NCBI GenBank assembly: GCA_017480525.1
Contig: JAFVAM010000003.1
Location: 3,483-67,482 of the forward strand
Length of the DNA: 64,000 nt
DNA from: Bacteroidales bacterium
GTDB taxonomy: Bacteria > Bacteroidota > Bacteroidia > Bacteroidales > P3
Direction of reading: 5' to 3'
This document shows, in pieces, positions 55,701-63,156 of this stretch; the stretch's first letter is position 1; each line of letters opens with the position of its first letter. The notes below the pieces were generated by a model that had not been told where the DNA came from, searched no databases, and worked only from the letters and a program-made list of their open reading frames with translations. The translations under genes and the position numbers were made by a program.

Positions 55701-58516
55701 TAGGCGGCCTGGATGATGTTGAAGGTGGAGCGCACCAGGTTGGCGCCGCCGTTGTCGTTGCAAACGGCCATGTTGTTGGCGATGAGGAAGTGGGTGGCGG
55801 CGGTACCCGTGGCGCCGCTGACGCCGATGGCACCGGCACCGTGGCTGGTGTAGAGCTTGTTGCGCGTGATGCGCGACGCTCCGCTACAGGTGTTGACGAC
55901 AATCACATAGCTCGTGTTGCTCTCCACATCGTACATCTGGTTGCTGTCAACGACGACACCCGACTGGTACTGCACGTTGACGGCACTCTCATACTGGTTG
56001 CGGAAGATGCTTCGCGTCAGCACGTTGCCCACAGCGAGGTTGTCGCTGGCGGTGCCTCGGAAGTCCACGCCGAACCTGCCGCCCTCGAAGGTGCAGCGAT
56101 CGATGGTGAGATGGCTGGAGAGGCCGGAGTTGACCATGGCATTGATGCGCATGGCGGCGGAAGGATTGCTCAGGCTGTCGATGAAGGAGCAGTTCTCCAG
56201 GCGGCTGTAGTCGCTGCCGGTGCCATAGGTGATCATGTCGGTCAGCGCACCGCTGCGGCGCACGAAGCTGATGTTGCGGAAATGCACGCTGCCGCCATTG
56301 GCGAGATTGATGATGCTGGAAGAGGCACCTGTGGAGACGAAACTCACCGCACCGCCCTGCGGCTCGAAGGCTATGTAGTGGTTCTGCGAGATGCCGTTGA
56401 CCTGAGGCAGGGTGAAAGGCGCGTAGACACCCGGCGCAAGGCGCACGATGAGGCTGTCGTCGATGCCGCAGCGGCTCAGCGAGAAGAGGAACTCATCGAT
56501 GGTGTTGAAGTGGGGGTTGGGGCCTCCGATGTTGCGCACCCCGTTCATGGGGCCGTCGCAGACGATGAACTCGGAGAAGCTCGTGTCGTTGTAAGGCTCG
56601 TGGTCGCGGTAGCGCACACCGCCGGCGGTCAGCGTGTCCTCCACCCACACCTTCAACGTGTGGAAGCCTGCGGGGAGGACGATGTTGTTGGCGATGACGA
56701 TGTTCTGCGAGCTGCCGGCGGCCATGGAGCCGCTCCAGTCGTAGTGGCCGAAGACGGTATCGTCGATGTTGTAGCTCACGCGGATGCCGTTGACCGTCAG
56801 GGCGCCGAAGTTCTCAAGCTTCACCGTCAGGCTGCCGGGGCGCTGCGTCATGGCGGTGGTGTAGCTGGGGTCGATCAGCTCGCTGACGCCCATGTCGTAG
56901 AGCAGCGGCAGGTTCTTGTGCTGGTTCATGACGAGCGCCGGGCGCATGTTGGTGTATTCCTCGGCGGTGGACATGCCCTCGGCGGTGAAGGCGTTGTAGC
57001 CGTAGCCGTCGTCGCACTCGCGCTTCCAGATGGTGCGCTTGTTGTTGTTGGAGAAAGCCACCTGGCGGATGGAGGTGCCGGTGGTGTTGTCGGTGCCGTC
57101 GAAGAAGAACTGCATCACGAGGTCCTTGCCGCCATAATAGAAGGTGTCCTGGAGGGTGATGGTCTGTGTGTTGCCCGCGCCGCCGGCGTTGATGGTCAGC
57201 GCCGAGTCGTAGACGATGTGCATGTACGAGGTGGTGAAAGGATAGCGTTCCGTGGCCGACACATCGACGGTGTAGTCGGTGGGAGCGTTCTTCATGCGGA
57301 TCTGGAAGTTATTGCGTGTCACCATGGAGGTGGTGGCGGCGAGGGTGAAGGTGAGGTCGGTGATGGCGCCGGGGCCGTAGCCTGCCGCCGCCATGGTGGC
57401 GGAATCGTAGACCCACTCGCTGCGGCCGTCGGCCATATAGCCGAAGGGGTAGTAGTTGCTCGTCTGCGTCCCCGTGAACTCCGGCGTCTCGATGCCGGGC
57501 TGGTCCACACCGCGCACATAGCGGAATTCGACCCACGAATTGGCCGTCAGCGGGAAGGTGACGCGGTTGGCGTTGGTGGTGGCGTCGCGCGCCACACAGT
57601 AGAAGCGCATCAGGGTGTCGTAGCCGAAGAAGGGGATCTCGGCCCCGTAGCGGTTGGCCACACCGGCCACCGGCGTCATCGGCACACGCACCTGCGTGGG
57701 GTCGCTGCCCACGGTATAGAACATATACACCGAGTCGGGGTTGATGCCCTGGGCGAGGGTCGTCGTGGCATCGAAGAGGAGGCGGGCGCGACGGCTGTTG
57801 GGATAGTAAAGCCCGTCGGGGTATTCCACGGCCGTCAGCCTCGGACGCACCATGGGGCTCGGACTCACCGACACCTTCAGGTTGTCTATATACCAGTTGC
57901 CCGTGGGAGCACTGCCCACGCGGCGGTAGAGGACGAACTTCAGCATCAGCCTGCGCTCGTTCTGCGCCACGGCACCGGAGAAGACATCGTTGAGGTCGAA
58001 ACGCTCGCTGTGCCACGCTTCGTTGGTGATGTTGCCCGCCAGCCACTCGCGGTAGGACTCGCGCGAGAAGGAGGCCGAGGTCTGGAAGTCGCTCGACCCG
58101 CCGTTCACGCGGTTGTACTGCTGGTTGGTCAGCTGGTGCCACTGCGACTCGGGCTCGTTGGCACGTTTGTAGTAGATGCAGCCCAGCAGGAAGTCCTGCG
58201 ACGAGTTGACGGCGGCATTGCAGATGTGGTCGAACTCCAGCGAGATGTAGTTCGACGTGCTCAGGGCCGCCGATGTCAGGTCAATCTCCGGCAGCATCAG
58301 CGTCACATCGCTCGTCGTCGACTGCACGAGCTGCAGCGACCGCGCCCCACTCATGTAGAGGGTGGTGGAAAAAGTCTGTCCCGTCGACGGCGTCACCGTC
58401 GTGGTCAATGTCTCGTCGGTCTCAAAGCCCTGATAGAGCACCTCCGTCACCTGAGCCCGCGACACAAGGCCGCAAAACAGAAAAATGACACTCGGTAATA
58501 AAAGTCTGAGTTTCAT
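46739..58516 (-). CDS. giant (3925 aa) secreted surface protein, T9SS cargo with repeated CARDB-like modules and two parallel beta-helix regions
   Basis: Signal peptide MKLRLLLPSVIFLFCGLVSRAQ. The C-terminal Por tail is FPNPHEGVTTVPFSL...VVDAMGHVL...GVYYYGIEVEG. By eye there are about a dozen modules of the type xDvAv..i..P......d.v.v.v.N.G. PbH1-like repeats are present (NISFVRRSG, IDRCTFEG; ISNISMRS, IDSCEFRV, ITGNSFRN, ISNNIFSN). Confidence 0.85.
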   Translation of the reverse strand: MKLRLLLPSVIFLFCGLVSRAQVTEVLYQGFETDETLTTTVTPSTGQTFSTTLYMSGARSLQLVQSTTSDVTLMLPEIDLTSAALSTSNYISLEFDHICNAAVNSSQDFLLGCIYYKRANEPESQWHQLTNQQYNRVNGGSSDFQTSASFSRESYREWLAGNITNEAWHSERFDLNDVFSGAVAQNERRLMLKFVLYRRVGSAPTGNWYIDNLKVSVSPSPMVRPRLTAVEYPDGLYYPNSRRARLLFDATTTLAQGINPDSVYMFYTVGSDPTQVRVPMTPVAGVANRYGAEIPFFGYDTLMRFYCVARDATTNANRVTFPLTANSWVEFRYVRGVDQPGIETPEFTGTQTSNYYPFGYMADGRSEWVYDSATMAAAGYGPGAITDLTFTLAATTSMVTRNNFQIRMKNAPTDYTVDVSATERYPFTTSYMHIVYDSALTINAGGAGNTQTITLQDTFYYGGKDLVMQFFFDGTDNTTGTSIRQVAFSNNNKRTIWKRECDDGYGYNAFTAEGMSTAEEYTNMRPALVMNQHKNLPLLYDMGVSELIDPSYTTAMTQRPGSLTVKLENFGALTVNGIRVSYNIDDTVFGHYDWSGSMAAGSSQNIVIANNIVLPAGFHTLKVWVEDTLTAGGVRYRDHEPYNDTSFSEFIVCDGPMNGVRNIGGPNPHFNTIDEFLFSLSRCGIDDSLIVRLAPGVYAPFTLPQVNGISQNHYIAFEPQGGAVSFVSTGASSSIINLANGGSVHFRNISFVRRSGALTDMITYGTGSDYSRLENCSFIDSLSNPSAAMRINAMVNSGLSSHLTIDRCTFEGGRFGVDFRGTASDNLAVGNVLTRSIFRNQYESAVNVQYQSGVVVDSNQMYDVESNTSYVIVVNTCSGASRITRNKLYTSHGAGAIGVSGATGTAATHFLIANNMAVCNDNGGANLVRSTFNIIQAAYADVVYNSVKLSAPTRSNVAAATFGGGTLTNSSFVNNVVVSLDYNSNYALNYTPGTSTNNTVGHNVYFSLGTTLNRYAGTACADLTAWQNQVPSDVASIVTNPNFLNGSLVDLRTYNRAIKGVGIPIASVTRDMFDSLRNTAATCPGAFEFVSLGYDFEPEALLNPLADNCHMPAQSELVVLLRNSGVNSYSGGDLSIGYQVNGGAVHTASISTTIPAEDTVSVPTGAMLQLPANGLRDSTYTIRVWTIFANDPNQTNDTATFTVVSRYSPAKLGNDSVTIDYATTTTLTPTLNVEQWPVYNHTSAPQRPSEIYWYLDSTDAQPFFVGPSFTTDTVRGEREYYIRQRRQKPIVRITQLEFARGNANAGLTPVMPYWINSGRKVALQLTNVGDARANLFGDTIQTISPTSNINNKVFRFADSVFLEPGQSLVVQWATGTSANPEMTIHTGTPLSSTTIAYNSNVAIVYRHAGVIEDAVAMNNITATASGNPAITWASAAVPSYVWTGTGVSVPSNTTAGLVRTGFNGGAADWRLATAADPMFIASNRPEWIRYVDNGCEGNFGIFKVKILAPPLADIDVSASMLPDMSCGLSMEPVSVRVRNYGIDSVSNVVLNYTDGIDTVTDTIAGPIGLNGLLDYTFSQNINLAYPSDTTIIVTVWANAYEGDATRSNDTNSISVTPLFTPAAPPVMATRQVDYDSRDTVTLAAVDGVTPVWFDLEMNPIDTGYTHVSEIIYGNGTYGYGYVLTVPVWGMVGQLGTVSNNTGYPSPFQPSSKFVKQQYIYSASELRALGFEAGSIDTLAFYLDTILGTATVTSVSFDDYHIGLGLTSDTIFASTTSWKATTEVFHRAPMVFQRNESKRWHYFPLDSPFYWDGESSLVVQVAHQIATAYSSGVRTHTDTKTKSSIVKTSSSALSPSVVDFTGTAGSTPNSRPVIRISANAYGCTSPVTPYEVQVVNVPSVDVAVAWPNGVEELTYNTCTTVPVSVNVRNQGSAQASGIKLYYYLDTLAVDSVVVSSAVASGATEEVLIFDRVLVPGRHTVRVIAAAPGDGISSNDTIVRSFLVRFCGGIYSISPTDGVFKSFSEAIDSLNVAGIEGPVTFYVASATYNEQVVLGNVPGSSSVNSISFIGIGESRPVLAAATSQAHNYVFMLDTASHVSISNISMRSRPTATGSAGNYGHVFVVNSGSHISIDSCEFRVKGTINNVNASAVVLQGDVDALTFINNSVDSGYYAFRTLGNGNFSSFTITGNSFRNFMSQGINVRNVDGINIAGNTIRSGVEVTGRALTGIYLAQTAGNVGISKNNLVLFDNKNGGKRGIQLEHINASAANPAMVVNNMISCYGTGSSGNKPAGIWIDSTSSSVYIHFNTIRVYGGEVTQAFSENSYGFYSGTTVSDIHISNNIFSNFSKGYATYVAELNTVVESNFNAYYTLSSRPFYWKTVVDDLAALQTKNSDDGNSVFTEPYFAADDDLHLVMTNVAGIGYYLSDVPDDFDGRTRNQIPGPTIGAHEMTIVAHDVAVIRIIEPVMPANLNFNYTTNRPPNIESDSVLVIAEFYNNGQSPETDAYWYAYIEGHETETRSPNIPLGALPVAQSKLASTYIPTVLGITDTNRVRVVIVLPADSSLDDNQRTTEFFLAPAYNLTATRMASDRTGCNLTDAHLSITIKNVGFKDIDAGTAVKIGYHPIITQPAGVSISTMPDTVEETVVLTEDLWAISADLLSSTTLTFSAPANLYPTDTAIDIKVRLRGWVKLDTDVTVDNDTTSATVNSQSPVIDAYYSPAPPVGYDTILPYGTWGEVRASQENRLAISWYRDTLANPFYHPSAYNSSVKWSNTPQYFSDSVYFINCKSSHNCYSAYAPVWVRVAAPRPNDVAMEAVLAPLGGRVYMENDTVRVRIANYGTLAKSNIPVTFQLKRGNNVIQEVTETCATNIAAGQTHVYTFATLLQIPTPTQTQSYTLNVWTDLAADETRRNDTLRNVYTFRSLAESTYSISKSKDPTFDITRVSFNEIDFDISQQGRSYTNLASYAAPDYPVLHVRRGLSDSIFIEVTALDPTAQSERVRAWVYIDFDRNGNFNGTDEAVVPGEIFYDRQMLSSYISISNNASYGFMRMRVVVGRNSDFAATANPTTGIPEDMSGHVIDFLLYVDPDPIQTDLAVAQIVSPRNYIIDNDTPVNISFRVSNKGLTNIDNPTFYYRFDSPENDSAGVGTIPYNGSITPGASAIVNIPPHVFPYGTSDLTIWYFNNADANRSNDTLRYQYSRFYVVEPPIDDDFDIDERWYAPKGYNNYTRNYWELGTPTKTRLNAAYSAPRAWVTDLHSTIVTGTRGNVSYLYSPIIDIHQIRIDTITVRIRRNLTNKSSLRLEFYNFEGQWENAYRDSLTHWYNNSDDECFDGTTNGSSYDLYYIPTNYRGGLSGDFNERLQFRFVYTTPVGSSATAAFGEGCAIDNFRIGRAARPVDIGIVSIIEPSDPAYGQTLYPKVLVRNYGTDTITSIPMGYIHYGTYLPKESLVPALLPPGATDTFTFTAPFVISSDFPDTFSITAFTMYSSADIYRDNDSATRTYVLRPLDNDISAHSFLYPLDKVVAGDSIQITMRIRNFGASAITHATATYLVNDLNPVSEELDFNELLGRPLSSLEYFNYTFKRKYRAPMGILKLTGIIKSEQNDYIYNDTITKRVDCVTSITDIAARAVVLDGTPQSGYTVSLIIDNRGARGANNFEVGFFTDGNEANAHVETFSHAYPLAALATDYHTFSYRLPARATGYSNVKAYVHVPGDNDASNDTTDVILPSILDLEALKVVVIENSQSDCRVYVSVRNNGNTPFASGVVHVDVTINGETLSQNFTRTINAGSTVGLFFDRHIAKAPGSSYSGSARLTLSDDAVPENNQTSIVEVRSSAEGVPVVEVNDFVLDQNFPNPHEGVTTVPFSLPFDADVRFFVVDAMGHVLNSFSGFYPAGEHSITLDLSGHSSGVYYYGIEVEGVRRMRKMILR

Positions 58517-58604
58517 AATTTATTAATATTATTTGTTTATTTTCAATGTGTTGCCGTTCATTTCATACGGTTCAAGCCCCCCTTTTGAGGGCAGAAACCA
58601 AAGG

Positions 58605-58612
58605 CAAATATA
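58605..58612 (-). promoter_or_regulatory. putative -7 promoter box (TATATTTG) for the giant gene
   Basis: TAnnTTTG match on the minus strand, 89 nt upstream of the ATG at 58516. Confidence 0.35.
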
Positions 58613-58720
58613 CAAACTTTTTCTCACATACGCGCAAATTTATAAAAAAAAAAATTCCGCCCCCCCTACCCTGCCACTCCCCGCCCCACCTCCCCCGTCC
58701 CCGCTCCAACGCCACACCTC

Positions 58721-58795
58721 CACCCTACCATCTCCCACCGTGGTCGGACTTGGTAGGGAGATGGGTAGGAGTTAGGTAGGAGTTGGGAAAGAGTT
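58721..58795. repeat. intergenic CCTACC/GGTAGG repeat element, copy C
   Basis: CACCCTACCATCTCCCACC, then core GTGGTCGGACTT, then 11-bp units GGTAGGGAGAT, GGGTAGGAGTT, AGGTAGGAGTT, GGGAAAGAGTT. A C-rich tract starting at about 58660 precedes it. Confidence 0.8.
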
Positions 58796-58897
58796 AATAT
58801 ATATTAACCGCTGGCAATCAAGCATTTGCAGAAAGCAAAAAAGAACCCTCCGACGAGTTTTTTCTCATCGGAGGGTATTCCTTTGGTTTTGTGAGGT

Positions 58898-59632
58898 TTA
58901 GACGATGTTTTGGCGTTGATTGAGGGCTTCGTACATGAAGACGCCTGCGGCGACGCTGACGTTGAGCGACGCCACCTCGCCGACGATGGGCAGTTTGGCT
59001 CTCACATCGCTCATTTTCAGCAGTTCAGGGCTGATGCCCGTCTCCTCATTGCCGAGGATGAGGAGCGTGGGGCGGCGGAAGTCGACCTTGCGATAGTGTT
59101 CGGCACCCTTCTCGGTTGCCGCAACGACCTGGTATCCATACTGTTTTGCAAGATTGACAACGGTTTTCATGTTTGCCTCGCGGCAAACGGGCAGGCGCAG
59201 CAGGGCGCCGCTGGAGGTCTTGATGGCATCCTCGTTCATGGCCGCCGAACCGCGGTCAGGCACGACGAGGGCGCTGACGCCGGTACACTCCGCCGTGCGG
59301 GCTATGGCGCCCATGTTGCGTACGTCGGTGACATGGTCGAGCACCACCACGAGGGCGTTCTCGTCCAAGGTCTCGACGAGGTCCATGAAGCTGCGATACT
59401 TCACAGCGGCAATGGTGGCCACCACGCCCTGGTGGTTGCCGGTGGTCATCTTGTTGAGTTTCTCCACGGGGACATATTGGAAGGGTACGTCTCTTTCGCG
59501 GAGATGCGTGCGCAGTTCGCCGAGGAGCGAGCTGTTGAGGCCGTTCTGGATAAGCACACGCTCCACCTGCTGGCCGCTGGCCAGGGCCTCTATGACAGGC
59601 CGCAGGCCGTAGACTATCTGTTGTTTGTTCAT
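58898..59632 (-). CDS. rlmB: 23S rRNA (guanosine-2-prime-O)-methyltransferase, SpoU/TrmH family (RlmB-like)
   Basis: N-terminal substrate-binding domain (VYGLRPVIEAL) and a SpoU methylase core (LGNEETGIS, LNVSVAAG). Confidence 0.85.
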   Translation of the reverse strand: MNKQQIVYGLRPVIEALASGQQVERVLIQNGLNSSLLGELRTHLRERDVPFQYVPVEKLNKMTTGNHQGVVATIAAVKYRSFMDLVETLDENALVVVLDHVTDVRNMGAIARTAECTGVSALVVPDRGSAAMNEDAIKTSSGALLRLPVCREANMKTVVNLAKQYGYQVVAATEKGAEHYRKVDFRRPTLLILGNEETGISPELLKMSDVRAKLPIVGEVASLNVSVAAGVFMYEALNQRQNIV

Positions 59633-59700
59633 CTTTTTTTTCTCGTTCTGTGGGGGTTGGTGTTGTTCGTTTGCGTTTTTTTTTTAGTGCGCGCGGGCCG

Positions 59701-60354
59701 TCAGGTCCGCGCCTCGCCGTCGATGATGGCCACCCTGCGGTCCGCCATGGCAGCCAGCTCTTCGTTGTGTGTCACGATGATGAACGTCTGGTTGAACTCG
59801 TCGCGCAGACGGAAGAAAAGCTCGTGGAGTTCGCGGGCATGCTGGCTGTCGAGGTTGCCGCTGGGTTCGTCGGCGAGTACCGCCATAGGCCTGTTCATCA
59901 AGGCCCTGGCCACAGCCACACGCTGCTGCTCGCCGCCGCTGAGGGCCGCGGGCTTGTGGGCGGCGCGGTGGTCCACCTTCATGAAGGCCAGCAGCTCCAT
60001 GGCCCTGGCCTGTGCCTCTTTCATGGGGGTGCCTCCAATGAGGGCGGGGATGCAGACGTTCTCCACGGCCGTGAACTCCGGCAGGAGATGGTGGGCCTGG
60101 AAGACGAAGCCTATGTGTTCGTTGCGGAAATGCGCCAACTCTTTCTCCTTCAGGGTCGACACGTCGGTGTCGCCATAGAGCAGCGAGCCGCTGTCGGGAC
60201 GGTCGAGGGTGCCGAGAATCTGCAGCAACGTTGTCTTTCCGGCACCGCTGGGTCCCACGATGGAGACCACCTCGCCCTGGCTGATTTCCAGCGAGATGTC
60301 GCGCAGCACATGCAGCGTCCCATAGCTCTTGTTGATGTCGACGGCCTTGATCAT
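59701..60354 (-). CDS. ABC transporter ATP-binding protein (LolD/FtsE-like)
   Basis: Walker [10 protein letters not shown], signature LSGGEQQR, Walker [12 protein letters not shown]. The start [11 protein letters not shown] overlaps the hutI stop (ATGA). The track ORF is over-extended to 60744. Confidence 0.85.
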   Translation of the reverse strand: MIKAVDINKSYGTLHVLRDISLEISQGEVVSIVGPSGAGKTTLLQILGTLDRPDSGSLLYGDTDVSTLKEKELAHFRNEHIGFVFQAHHLLPEFTAVENVCIPALIGGTPMKEAQARAMELLAFMKVDHRAAHKPAALSGGEQQRVAVARALMNRPMAVLADEPSGNLDSQHARELHELFFRLRDEFNQTFIIVTHNEELAAMADRRVAIIDGEART

Positions 60355-61586
60355 ACCTCTTCGCCGTTGAGGAAGACGCGCTCCACCTTGTTCTCGCCGT
60401 ATGCGTAGGGCATATATTCGAGTCCGGGGATGGGCTTGGAGAGGAAGAAGTTGGCCTTCTTGCCGACGGCTATGGTGCCCACCTCGCGGCTGGCATCCAT
60501 GGCGTAGGCGGTGTTGAGGGTGGTGGCGTTGAGAGCCTCCTCGGGCGTCAGGCGGTAGCGGATGCAGGCCATTGAGAGTACCAGCTGCATGTTGCCCGAG
60601 GGCGAGGTGCCGGGGTTGTAGTCCGAGGCCATGGCCACGGGCAGGCCCGCGTCGACCATCTTGCGGGCCGGCGAGAGGGGCAGGTTGAGGAAGAAGGCGC
60701 AGCCGGGCAGGATGGTGGGCATCGTGTCGGAGCCCTTCAAGCACTCAATCTCGGCGTCGCCCATCTGTTCGAGATGGTCCACCGAGATGGCGCCGTATTT
60801 CACGCCCACCTGCACGCCGCCGGAGACGGCCATCTCGTTGGCGTGTATCTTGGGCCGCAGGCCATGCCTGATGCCAGCCTCCAGAATGCGCGCTGTGTCC
60901 TCGACGGTGAAGAAGCCCTGGTCGCAAAAGACGTCGATGAAGTCGGCCAGACCCTCGTCGGCCACACGTGGCAGCATCTCGTTGATGACGAGGTCCACAT
61001 AGTCCTCCTGGTGGCCGCGGTATTCCATGGGGATGCCGTGGGCGCCGAGGAAGTTGGCCTTGATGGTCATGGGCGAGGTCTCCTTGAGGCGTCGGATGAC
61101 ACGGAGGAGCTTCAGTTCGCTGTCGGTCGTGAGACCGTAGCCGCTCTTGATTTCTATGGCGCCGGTGCCGAGGCGCATCACGCCTTCGAGGCGCTGGAGA
61201 GCCATGTCGTAGAGTTCCTGCTCCGAAGCCGCCGCCGTGGCCTTGGCGGAGTTGAGGATGCCGCCGCCGCGCTTGGCGATTTCCTCGTAGCTGAGGCCGC
61301 GGATCTTGTCCACAAACTCATGCTCGCGCGAGTTGGCGTAGACGATGTGGGTGTGCGAGTCGCAGAAGGTGGGGAACACCATGCGACCGGTGGCGTCGAC
61401 CTCGCGGTCGGCAGTGCCTTCCCACTCGTCCATCGGTCCGAAAGCCTTTATCGTGCCGTCTTCCACCAGGAGGTAGGCGTTTTCAACGGTCTCCACCTGC
61501 GCCATTTCCTTGCCCATGGCGCGGGATTTCTGCTGGCCGGTCTCCACCTGCACCAGTTCCTTGATATTCTTGATAAGTGTTCGCAT
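60351..61586 (-). CDS. hutI: imidazolonepropionase
   Basis: 411 aa amidohydrolase with DSHTH, HANEM, HLEQ and [10 protein letters not shown] motifs characteristic of HutI. Confidence 0.9.
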   Translation of the reverse strand: MRTLIKNIKELVQVETGQQKSRAMGKEMAQVETVENAYLLVEDGTIKAFGPMDEWEGTADREVDATGRMVFPTFCDSHTHIVYANSREHEFVDKIRGLSYEEIAKRGGGILNSAKATAAASEQELYDMALQRLEGVMRLGTGAIEIKSGYGLTTDSELKLLRVIRRLKETSPMTIKANFLGAHGIPMEYRGHQEDYVDLVINEMLPRVADEGLADFIDVFCDQGFFTVEDTARILEAGIRHGLRPKIHANEMAVSGGVQVGVKYGAISVDHLEQMGDAEIECLKGSDTMPTILPGCAFFLNLPLSPARKMVDAGLPVAMASDYNPGTSPSGNMQLVLSMACIRYRLTPEEALNATTLNTAYAMDASREVGTIAVGKKANFFLSKPIPGLEYMPYAYGENKVERVFLNGEEV

Positions 61587-61777
61587 ATATTTCGTTTTAT
61601 TTAAATTCCAAGTATTTCAACCATCTGAACAGGAGACACCACAATTGGGGGGGGGCGCGGGGATGTCGTCATCACACAACGGGACAATCAGGTTCTGTCC
61701 CATAGCTCGTACAAACCTCGTTGTCGGAGAATCAGGACACCATAATGCATTATCTATGCATCATTATGCCATTTTTC

Positions 61778-63139
61778 CTATTGTTCTTCAACGGACTCTG
61801 TTTCTACATTGCGGGGTTCCGGCTGTTGCAACTGCAGCGCCAGGGAATCGGTCTTTTGCCTGCAGACAATCACGAAGAGCAGCAACAGGCAGGTGGCGGC
61901 AAACAAGAGGGAGCTGATGACCATGTAGACATAGTAGTTGCCAAAGGCACCATCGCCGGTTTCCTCATGGGAGATCATTTCCACAAGCTGGTAAACAAAA
62001 AGGACAGCAGCGAAACCTGCCAAGATACCCAGCAAGACAACAGAAACCGAGACGGAAGAGGTGTGTGCGTTGGGAACAACCTTTCTCATTGCCTTGATTT
62101 GTCCGTGTGCCTTCATGGCCCATCCGAACGCCAACAGCACACCTCCAATACCCGACAGGGCTATAGCCAACTTGGTGTTGAAACAAATGGGATTCAACAA
62201 GGCCTCCAAAACTCCGTCGGCCATTTCTTTTTTCTGATCAACGCCAATAAAAAGTCCGATAACACCCCCGAAGAAGAACAGTGCCCCCAGAGACAACATC
62301 GTCACATTGACTCGACCGGGGAAATCCGTTCCGTGTTTCTCCTTGAAAGAGGACACTGCTGAACTGGTAGCACTGCTGAGCTGGCAAATCAGCGCCATGG
62401 CGAGAAACACCCCTGCGAGAGAGATATAGGTAAAGAGAGAGTAAATCAAAGGATGGGCTTCTGTACTAATATAATATTCTATTTCTTTCATAAAGGCCAA
62501 TCCCTCGACGCCAAATGCTGTCATAATGGTGGCTATCAGGAAGAAGCCCGCCATTGCCACACTGCTGCCAATGCCTTTCCTGGCAAGTTCGGCTATATCC
62601 TCCTTTTCGACACCCGACATGAAGTAAACAAAGGCGGCAAAAAGTAGGTCTAACACCATCACGACAGCAAAGCGCGACCACCCCATAAACCACCCTACCT
62701 GAAGAATGTTGAGAATGAAGCTTAAGGCCGTAATGGCGACGGACGACCATCCGACAACCTTCAGCCATGTATTTTTTCGACAGCCCATCAGCATAAGTGC
62801 CACAGCCACAGCAAAAAAGACCTCTTTTGGGAAATATGCAAGGTAAAAGCGCGTGATATCTTTCGGACTCTGCAAGAACCAAACCCTGTTGACAATGCAC
62901 AATGCCACATACACGAATGCCAAGACAGTCCCGACCCGGAGCAAGGTGCCTTCGCGAGAAATCCTGAAGATAGACACAAACGCCCATGCCTCCAAGGCAA
63001 TCCACAGGAATACCCCAACGGAATTCACGACCAAATTGTTTGATGCCGGGTCAATTGCAAGGGCAGTGATCAAATCAAAAACGCACATCAGCAACAAGCC
63101 GATGGCGGCGATTTTCAATTGTGTTTTTGAACTTTCCAT
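61778..63139 (-). CDS. hypothetical polytopic membrane protein
   Basis: 453 aa with roughly a dozen hydrophobic helices. No recognisable family. Visibly less GC-rich than the flanking hutI and ruvB. Confidence 0.6.
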   Translation of the reverse strand: MESSKTQLKIAAIGLLLMCVFDLITALAIDPASNNLVVNSVGVFLWIALEAWAFVSIFRISREGTLLRVGTVLAFVYVALCIVNRVWFLQSPKDITRFYLAYFPKEVFFAVAVALMLMGCRKNTWLKVVGWSSVAITALSFILNILQVGWFMGWSRFAVVMVLDLLFAAFVYFMSGVEKEDIAELARKGIGSSVAMAGFFLIATIMTAFGVEGLAFMKEIEYYISTEAHPLIYSLFTYISLAGVFLAMALICQLSSATSSAVSSFKEKHGTDFPGRVNVTMLSLGALFFFGGVIGLFIGVDQKKEMADGVLEALLNPICFNTKLAIALSGIGGVLLAFGWAMKAHGQIKAMRKVVPNAHTSSVSVSVVLLGILAGFAAVLFVYQLVEMISHEETGDGAFGNYYVYMVISSLLFAATCLLLLFVIVCRQKTDSLALQLQQPEPRNVETESVEEQ

Positions 63140-63156
63140 GATATTGTTTTTTCAGT

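Noticed and set aside
54362-58498. 1378-aa plus-strand ORF antisense to the 5-prime part of the giant gene. Similar ORFs occur at 49895..51508 and 51512..53218.
   Set aside because: They show the same low-complexity G/A/V/D/E/R composition. The minus-strand frame has a signal peptide and repeated domain architecture, so these are antisense artefacts.
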